NCBI GenBank assembly: GCA_027923505.1
Contig: BROI01000004.1
Span: 1-64,000, forward strand
From: Mayamaea pseudoterrestris
Taxonomy: Eukaryota
Direction of reading: 5' to 3'
DNA length: 64,000 bases
Positions 55,746 to 64,000 of the stretch are shown piece by piece. The notes under the pieces are model-generated. The model did not search any database and was not told the DNA's origin. It saw only the letters and a list, made by a program, of their open reading frames with translations. The position numbers and the translations under genes are program-made. The stretch's first letter is position 1. The number at the start of each line of letters is the position of its first letter.

Positions 55746-56068
55746 GGTGGACTTGTGTGCGTCGCTGCTGCGTCGCGCGTCGCTGTGATAAAAATGGTGT
55801 CGCATCGGTGCACATGCGTCACTCGTGGCTTCGGGTGCTCGTAAGCAGCTATCTCGGCGTTACCAGCGGTCAAAGCGCAAACCAAGACTTTCTGATTGTA
55901 AGGGGTTCAAACAAACAAAAACATAAAATAAATGATACCTTTTGCAGTAATAATGGTATATATCTAGCTATAGCAAGTGTGTGTATCATGTCCGGCATGC
56001 TTAAAGGGTTTGCATCGCATGCTGTACAGCCGGTTCACCACCGTTGAAAAAGGCGCATGGATAGCAGC

Positions 56069-57301
56069 CTACTGACCTTTCTTGTTCTTTGAAAGAGCTT
56101 CCAGCCTTGTCGTTGCTTCACTAATGATTCTGCGTATTGCATGGGCTTCGTCCTCCATCTTTGAGTTGCCGGCAACGGGTGCTGGATTCTCACCTTCCGT
56201 CAAGGTCAATTTACTTCCAGTAGTATCATCCAAATTCACCAAGTACATCATTCCCACGGACCGAAGCACAACGTTTGTAAAACTGCTTTGCGATCCAACT
56301 TGAATTGGCAGCGCATGAATTAAAACATGAAATCCAAAGCCATTGACAATGAAACTCATCACGAAGCGAAGCCACAGCCGCCAATCGTTGTGCACCAAGT
56401 TGTAGTGACCAAGCTTTTTGGTATGAATCGCCACATAGCTGGCGCATGCCCCCGTAATCTTGGCCGTCAGCAGCATTTGCAGCCAAAAGGAAGTGTTTTG
56501 TTCCGAGCTCCCATAGTTTGTCTTTGGGCCAAGCATGAACACCAAGGCGAAGAATATTCCCAGCACGTAAAACAAGTATGAGCCCAGCGTCAAACCAATC
56601 GGAACGTTTGGTGTTCCATCGAGCGACGTATACGTGGACGTGTGAAAGGCGTCGGCAACGACAATGCCAATGAGTAGTGTCTGCGTCAGAAACACCATGA
56701 GAACCACCGTGTAGCGCTGGGAAAGGTCTTCGTACACGTTGCGCGGCTGCAGTACAATAATTTCGTGATTCTTGGGCTTGACGTAGTAGTCCGACGTAGG
56801 CACGTACTCTAGCAGTGACGACGTTTCCTTGTAGGCAATCACGACGCGGAGTGAATCCAAAATGCTTTCGACGAAAAAGCAAGCCATCATGACGGTAAAG
56901 GCGCTTCCGTAATCAATCTGCATGCCACCCAAGAACCACAGAGATTGCGCCGTAAACTTGTTAATGACGAACCACGCATCGTCCGTGTCAATGTATGCCG
57001 ATATCAAGGTTCGAATGCGAATGGACCAGCTCAAGTGGCTGCCGACAATGTGCGAGCGATACTCGTGGACGCGCCGGCTGTACTGCCAACACGCGGCCAG
57101 CGAAAAGCATGCTGCCACGAGCCACGTGTACCAAAGGGGAGGCGCCCTGGCGTTGTACCACGCGAACGGCGACGTAAAGTTGATGCGGTCGTAGAGGTCG
57201 CCCTTTGAGCCGGACGTGTTGAAGTTTGGATGTAAGATCTGATCCATGATTCCTCCCACCTTGTGAATGATTCGTTCCGGAACCTGATGGAAATATGGCA
57301 T
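56069..57301 (-). CDS. Multi-pass membrane protein of unknown function
   Basis: 410-aa ORF with about 6-7 hydrophobic segments; I do not recognise the family. Confidence 0.75.
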   Translation of the reverse strand: MPYFHQVPERIIHKVGGIMDQILHPNFNTSGSKGDLYDRINFTSPFAWYNARAPPLWYTWLVAACFSLAACWQYSRRVHEYRSHIVGSHLSWSIRIRTLISAYIDTDDAWFVINKFTAQSLWFLGGMQIDYGSAFTVMMACFFVESILDSLRVVIAYKETSSLLEYVPTSDYYVKPKNHEIIVLQPRNVYEDLSQRYTVVLMVFLTQTLLIGIVVADAFHTSTYTSLDGTPNVPIGLTLGSYLFYVLGIFFALVFMLGPKTNYGSSEQNTSFWLQMLLTAKITGACASYVAIHTKKLGHYNLVHNDWRLWLRFVMSFIVNGFGFHVLIHALPIQVGSQSSFTNVVLRSVGMMYLVNLDDTTGSKLTLTEGENPAPVAGNSKMEDEAHAIRRIISEATTRLEALSKNKKGQ

Positions 57302-57465
57302 TGTGTGCTTTGGTGAGCTTTGCTAAAGATGGAAACGAGACGAGATGATCACCGTTTCGTCGAAAGTCGGACTGTAAGCACCGACAATGAGAACCGCTCC
57401 GACAAAAATTAAAGGTCTCACCGTGACTGTGGATGTCAGCACGAGATCCATCCACGCGGAAAAGG

Positions 57466-57693
57466 CGGAGAAACCATGAAACGCCTGATCGGAAGCAAGG
57501 CGACGTGTTTAAATCCCAAACGTGTTTCGCGCAAGTGGTCGGAGTACCGCATTCGATCCGCATTCTCACGACCGGAGAAACATTGAAAAGCCTGCACAGA
57601 CCTTGGCTTATGTAAACAAGTACGTATTTCGTACAAGTGGTCGGAGTATTTGCAAAATTTGCCGCATTTTCCCGCAGCGGAGAAACCATGAAA
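57466..57693. repeat. Degenerate tandem repeat of about 105 bp (two full units plus a partial third) in a divergent promoter
   Basis: cggagaaac..tgaaa at 57466, 57573 and 57678; caagtggtcggagta and ccgcatt each occur twice at equivalent offsets. Confidence 0.7.
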
Positions 57694-57756
57694 AAGCGAA
57701 CACAATCCGAATTTGAGGCGACAAAAGCCACCACAACTGCAACACAGCAAACAAAC

Positions 57757-58998
57757 ATGGCGGGGTCAAAGCGTAAGCAATATTTCTATTTGAGAGATGA
57801 AGAGCAAGATTGCATATCACGGGACTCGGGGCCGCCCATCGTGTCGCTGAGCAACGACGAGAGAGGGGCGCTCTTGCAATGCGAAGCGAACGAGTCAGCA
57901 GCCCGTTTCATCAAGCGATTACGCAAGGACACGGCGTTAATGTTCCCTGAAAGAACGAAGCTACTAGGCTTATCAAATTCTCGTGGAGACTACTACGCGC
58001 GACAGGCTCACAGAATGACGACGGATCATTTCTGGCGGCTGTACGAGTTACTGAAACCACACATGCGTCCTGAACCGTTGCCTCTTCTAAAGCACCGCGA
58101 GGACTGGAATCAACCGCTACGGATCAAGGTGGCACTGCGATTCTTTGCTGGCGGTGACCCATTGGAGATTGCCATTGACCATTGTATTCCGACTTTACGA
58201 TTGCTGGAACAATATATCTTTGATGTAATTGCTGCGGTACATGATTGCGAAGCATTGAAACTGGAATTTCCCGAGTCGCATGATGAGCAGAGGGAGATTG
58301 CGACAGGGTTTGAGCTTTTCAAGTCGGATGCCGGCATTGATGATTGCTGCGGTGCTCTGGGTGGTATGCTACTTCAAACCGATCCGCCGCCGATTGACGA
58401 TGCCACACTTTGCGCCAAGTATTTTCATAAGCAGCGAGGGTTGTGGGGCTTAAACATGCAAGCCATTTGCGACTACAACGGCCGATTTATGGAGGTTTGT
58501 TTAAAGTCTCCAGCCTCTACGAGCGACAGCATGGCATTTTGTAAATCCTCGTTCAGGCGCAAGCTTGAGCGACAGGGATTTCTTGCCGATGGTCTGTCGC
58601 TCTATGCCGACGAGCAGTATCCCGACAGCCCAGTCATCACAAAACCCATTCATCTGGCTCGTGCGGACAAAACGCAAGACTATCGTCATTTTCAACTTCG
58701 AGATCAGGTTGACGTTGCCTTCAGCTGTTTACTGCAACGTTGGGCCCTCCTCCGTAGACCATTGCCACTCAGTCTGGGCAAAGACAAGATATCGCAACTT
58801 GTTCTTGCCGCTTGCAAGCTGCAAAACTTTTGTTTGGACGATTCAGAGCTCATGCCGCCCTTATTAGCCGGTGATGTTGTGTTTGGCATTCTCAACGGAG
58901 CCGTACTACTGGACCAAGACTTTCGTCCTGCTCGGCTCTTGGGAGCTGGAGTCCGCGTCGAAGAGAAAAATTGCGGTGATGCAGAGTTGACGGCATGA
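57757..58998 (+). CDS. PIF/Harbinger transposase-derived (HARBI1/ALP1-like) protein with a degenerate DDE triad (start codon uncertain)
   Basis: ALRFFAGG helix-turn-helix region, CCGALGG (canonical GAIDG), LNMQAICD, SDS.AF, YADEQY, R..VDVAF..L.QRW.LL, AC.LQNFC. Confidence 0.85.
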   Translation: MAGSKRKQYFYLRDEEQDCISRDSGPPIVSLSNDERGALLQCEANESAARFIKRLRKDTALMFPERTKLLGLSNSRGDYYARQAHRMTTDHFWRLYELLKPHMRPEPLPLLKHREDWNQPLRIKVALRFFAGGDPLEIAIDHCIPTLRLLEQYIFDVIAAVHDCEALKLEFPESHDEQREIATGFELFKSDAGIDDCCGALGGMLLQTDPPPIDDATLCAKYFHKQRGLWGLNMQAICDYNGRFMEVCLKSPASTSDSMAFCKSSFRRKLERQGFLADGLSLYADEQYPDSPVITKPIHLARADKTQDYRHFQLRDQVDVAFSCLLQRWALLRRPLPLSLGKDKISQLVLAACKLQNFCLDDSELMPPLLAGDVVFGILNGAVLLDQDFRPARLLGAGVRVEEKNCGDAELTA

Positions 58999-59080
58999 TG
59001 TCGTTTGTGAAGTAGACGTTTATATAAGTCTATGAGTTGCAAATATAACATAGCGTCTATTCATTACATTAACCGGTCAA

Positions 59081-59342
59081 CTACTCCCAGCTACTGATAA
59101 TAGAATTTGAATGTGGAGGAGGCTGTAAAGTAAAACCATTGTCCCAACCATCATCGGCCTCGTACTGTCCGTCTTCTGAAATTATTACAGCTCCCATCAG
59201 CCGACGAATACCAGGAGCATCCATCCCATCGTCGCCCCAGTAGGATTGACTCAGACTTTCTATTCCATCCGTGTCTTCGCCATCATACGTAAGATCTTCC
59301 ATGACGGCGCTTATAGCATCGTGTTCATTCTTTTGTCGCCAT

Positions 59343-59373
<31 letters not shown>

Positions 59374-60831
59374 CATATAGTTGCTGCAGATAATATTGTT
59401 GCGACTCGGGTGAAATTGTTTGGAATTGCATCTGCTGATGATATTGCGGTGGAATGTCGTTGCTACCTCCTATGAATCGCACAGGCATGTATTGATCAAA
59501 ATACATGGAATCGTCGTCCAGCGCATCAAAGTCGACCACGGGGGCAGCTCGCCCGTCCAGTTGCAAATGACAGGGTGCTTGTTCCTCCATCATACCATCC
59601 ATGATTACGTGATGCTCTCCATTATGCTCCCTAATTTCATGCAAGCTGTCCAATGTTTCATCGTGATGTAATGTCGTATGCAACGGCATCATGGGTGACT
59701 CTGGCGCTCGTGGAGGTTGTCGTGGCGCCACGTCAATGAGGCGCTGCTGCTGCGGTTGTTGCGGAGGTCGATCAATGTATGTGACTCTAGAATATCTAGT
59801 GGATTGGTCGGCCATTTCTTCGGCCTGTCTGCGAGTCGTCTTTTTGAGCAGCAGTGTGCGTTTCAGCCTGCGACTGGCGCTTTCCTGTGGTCACAAAGAG
59901 GCAGGGGAGTATTGAATAAGCACAACAAAATTGCTTCGACTCATATGATCACCATCCATTAACGTACCATGTATTCTTCAAAGCGATCGTAACGGTCAAG
60001 TGAAGATACTGTCCGTCTTCGTTGATTCTTTGCCTTAACGTTGGCACGAATCGAGTCGATAATCTGCGGCAACAAAACTCATGTCGTCAGAAATGTTGAA
60101 GAGCACGCGACAAGCTTGACTCGTGACATGCACCAGCACAAAAGTACAATCCGTTACTTCATACACATACCTCATTAAAGGATGCGCCCCACTCGATCAA
60201 AATTTCCTCTCGATCTTGCCTCGTCAAGACGAGCTGTGGCAAATGTTTTCGCGGCGGTCGAGCTGCTTCGTAGTCGTCGACTAACATGGTTCGATCCTTG
60301 TCATGCGCCCAGCCAATTCTGCAACGAAACAAATAGTGACAGTGAGACATGCTTAAAAACCTTCGAATCCAACTTCAAACACCTGGCAACGAAACTCACG
60401 CTATTGGCGCCCCACTGCTACAACTGGGATTGTCGCCAATTATTCTGAAGTCGAGGTCAAAGGATTAGTGTAAAGCATATCGATAGACGTATCATCCACC
60501 ACGCAAAAGATCATGAACGATTGCAATTCGTAATGCCAATAGCATTTCCATCAATTCCATTCGCGCACCTTTCAAACTCTCGAACATGAACATGCTTGAA
60601 CTCCACCTTCTTCTTGTTCACGCAGAGCAGCGAATACTGACTCCCAGATGGCGTATTGGTGGACGATTCCGCCTTGGACGGCGCGTCGTTGTTTTTGCGC
60701 AGAATGCTCTTGAGTTGCACCGACGCGCTCGATGGGACGCTGTGGTGGGACGAACCATCCGATTCCTGCTGGAGGGACGGCGACTTGGATGACTTGGCGG
60801 ATGACCCGCGCTTGCGCTTTACAATGAACAT
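59081..60831 (-). CDS. Hypothetical protein; exons 60831-60569, 60444-60400, 60318-60171, 60063-59968 and 59884-59081
   Basis: Four GT-AG introns join into VEF..VHVREFER/IIGDNPSCSSGAPIA/IGW...REEIL.EWG...KNQRRRT, followed by a Q-rich tail. Confidence 0.75.
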
Positions 60832-61339
60832 GCAATTGTCCTTTTATGTAAATGTAAATTGAATGTACTTTGTACAGTGCTCATGAACAGCGAGCGAGAG
60901 AAGGAGGAGATACTACTGTTTAGTTGTTCTGCAGAAATCGGCTGGCACGTCGTGTTCCTCGTTCCACAATTAGTCGTCTTCCGTTGCCCTCGAGACCCAA
61001 CTTCAAGGCTATTATCACAATTTCAAAAGTCTCGTAAGAACTGGGGATCACGAGTATAATGCAGGTCGATGTGACGGAAGGTAATCATCTAGTTGCACAA
61101 TTTCCATTTGCCAGGCAACAGCTTGCAACAGGATCAAAGTCGTCGCAGCGCGGGGGATGGAGGGACGAGAGTCTTTGTCGGACCGGTTCTCTTCGCTTAC
61201 CGAAGCGTTCCGCTTTCCTACTACCGGTAGTTCGCGTCATGCTTGGATGAGCCGTTATCATTCCAACATATACTCTTTAAAAATGCAAAGCTTATACAAT
61301 ACGTCTATATATATATTTATATAGCTATTCAAATGCATT

Positions 61340-63693
61340 TCAGACCTCAGTATAGTTCTTCTGCGCCGTGGATGCCATAATGGGTGATAGGAAAGGATTG
61401 GTTGCCGACCGACCGCGTCGAGGACTCTCCAAGCGCAAACGCTTTGGACTGGCCGCTCCTCTACCTGGAGTTCGTCTTTGGCGTTTCTTTTTCAAGTGAC
61501 TCAGAGGCGTGGACAAGCTTGATGTTTCCTCGTCGTAGTCGCCCGTCATGGCCATGGCCGCCATCAACAGTTTGTTGACACCTTCCCCTTCGCCACTATC
61601 CGTTGGGCTGGTTGCTTCTCCCGAAGATGCCGCTTCAAGTGATGGAAGAGAGTCAATCTCTCCGCCCGTATATGCAGCCGATGGTTTCAAGTCTAAGGTG
61701 GCAGCAGACCCATGTTTTGGTGGAGTAGGCGTTCCATGTTTCATAGAGGTCAGATTCTGAGCAGCAAGCCAGGGTTCGGCAACGACAGGCTTACCTTTAC
61801 TACTTCTCTCAGCGCCGTCCGTTGCTGTTCCAGAATCGTTCTCGTTACTTCCGTCCATTGCGCTCGGCGTATGTGGTCCATCGCCTGGCGGGCTACCTGG
61901 CGCCATGACGTGCGGCATCATGTGAGGATGATGAGGAGGGGGGTGATGATGATACATCATCGGATGAAGAGGAGAATGGTGGTGATGATGTGGGTGTGGA
62001 ACGGGATATGGCATGGAATAGTATGAATGTGTCGGCATTGGCAGAATTTCAGAATTGTACGACATGGATGCTGCGGATCCGTCTCGCTTGCGACTATCCG
62101 CATGTGTGGCAGTCCCCATGTTTTTGCATCCCATGCAGCGACAAGCACCACTGCATTTAACGCCTCCGGCATAGCATTCGCAATACTGCGCATTATAGAA
62201 ACATATTTGTCAGTCACTGAGCACTCAAGGTTTAGCATTTCACAAGGTCGCTAACGCACCTTTTTCATGCAACCGCTTTTACGACACTTGCAACCCGTCT
62301 TGTGCGCAATGAGCTTTGGCGCCATTGTTGTAGCCGTCTGTAGAGGAAGACTCGCATCCGAAGCGGCACCCTGCTGTTCGTCGTGCACTGCTGTGTCATT
62401 CGTGCTCGCCGTGTCAGTCGACTCTGCTGTTGCAATGACTGCGTCACTCTGCTGCTCCACCACCACCACTGTCTCCTGCTGAAACTTGGTGTCAAAGGCA
62501 GTCGGGTTGCGCGCCAATATCAAGCGCATGGCGCTTCGCCGCGTATCTTCATGCTCCATGGTGTTTTGACAAGTGAGACATCGACAGTTGTTTCCGCAGT
62601 ATTGTTTGGCGGCGAAACATTGACAGTATAATTTGAGACAGCGAGTTCGCTTGCAAGTGCAGCTTCCATGTTGAGTAGAACCTGTTAATTGTTTCGTATC
62701 GGGAGGTAACTTGCCGCCAACCATTGCTTTCTTGTCCAATGGTTTTCGTTCGTGCTTGTCAAACGCCGCTGGTTTCCTGTAACGAGGCGGACGAGCACTG
62801 TATCCGATTGGTGGCACGGAAAGGGAAGAGTCCTTTTGTTCATCCGTTTCTGCGAATTGTTGTTGCATGTGAAAATGATGCATGTTCCAAAGGTTCATGT
62901 GCGGGGGCGGCGGCGGATAAGCGTGATATGGATATGGAGGAGGCGGAGGCGGAATATTATTGGCTGCCGGAGAATTCTCTTCCGTACCGGCGTCTTCAGT
63001 TTCGGATGGACTGCTCTTATTCACTTCGGAGCTTGCAAAATCGTTCGGGTCCGTTTGCTTCTGCGATTCCTTCTCATCGTCGCCTGCAGTCGTATCGTAA
63101 GAACTAGCCGGTATGTAAGACCGCAGATCACGGGGTTGTCTTTGGGCATCCGAAGCAGGTGAAAAGTATCGATGATACTTGTTGGAGGACGCCAATGCAG
63201 CTTGCGACGACAAGGGAGATGCTGTGCTTGCTGTTGCTGACGTTACATTGGTCATCATGGATGGATGATAGTAATGCTGATGAGGATGATGATAATTGTA
63301 GGGGCTCGTCTTCATCAATCCTGCCTTCATTGGCGATGATCCAGGCGTCTTTCCTCCTCGTCGACTAAAGCTGGAAGGCGTGCCGCCGTGAAACGGAGAC
63401 GAAATTCCGTGCAAGTAATGTGGCGGTGGAGAAGAGGTCGCCGATCCTAAAGGATGCTGCTGCTGCGATGGCGGCGGAGACATGATTCCAAAGGAGCTGC
63501 TGTCAAATGGCGGAGACATGAAGCCGGCGTAATATATCGGAGGAGGATGCACTGGTGGCGGTGCTGCTCCAGCTGCTGGCGACGCTGCAACGCTGCCATT
63601 CGTGGAAGCCTGTTGCTTATGTGGCGTTGTAGTTGGCGAGCTACTCGATGGCTTGCTCGAAGTATCATCAATTGAATCTTTCGCAGGATCCAT
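61340..63693 (-). CDS. CRC (tesmin/TSO1/LIN54-like) domain DNA-binding protein; exons 63693-62260 and 62185-61340
   Basis: CTCKRTRCLKLYCQCF...C.C..CQN, linker RNPTAF..K, and a second CXC CKCRKSGCMKK/YCECY...C.C.GCKN spanning a 74-nt intron. Confidence 0.92.
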
Positions 63694-64000
63694 GCTGATC
63701 TATTGTGAGAGTCTCTAAAGGCAAAAGGAATGGAACAGAATCTATTAGAGAAGACTCTTTCGCGGCGAACGATGTGTTTGTGTGTTGGGCGTCTCTTCGA
63801 ACGGAGCGGTCTTGTGGCCCATGCATCTGGTCTCCGGGTGTGCCTTGCTGGATCGACGTGAATCCAGTACCAAGATCTACGTAAGTCGGACTGGTACCAG
63901 TTCAAATTTGAATCGCAGAAGTTTTGGGCACACGTAACCGTTGAAGCCAGCTGGCGTGCTCGGGTTGTTGAACTATTTAGCTTAGCTTTAGGAAGAGTAC

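Overview
Eukaryotic nuclear DNA, most likely from a diatom or related stramenopile (inferred from the compact gene layout, mostly 70-100 nt GT-AG introns, bipartite-type organelle presequences and diatom-like hypothetical proteins). Positions 1-11448 are about 63 copies of a CpG-poor 181-bp satellite with a 3-unit (543-bp) higher-order pattern, ending abruptly inside an ORF. The rest is gene-dense: SBDS, a CYP710-like P450, ASCC3 helicase, two tandem FG-rich paralogs, a bacterial-type topoisomerase IA carrying two HMG boxes, CPSF1, PP5, GPAA1, MARCH6, RNR small subunit, RPS16, PHPT1, NDUFS4, a Harbinger-derived gene and a CRC/tesmin protein. A rearranged block at 38.2-41.6 kb holds a PP5 pseudo-copy, a tRNA-like element and a Gypsy fragment. 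The best leads are a single-nucleotide exon in ASCC3 (21452), the TopA-2xHMG fusion, an RNR2 with a signal peptide, a tRNA-like RNA lacking an anticodon arm, TA-CCGG-TA footprints, and two junctions where diverged alleles or homeologs appear joined in tandem. All calls come from reading the sequence by eye; no database searches were run.
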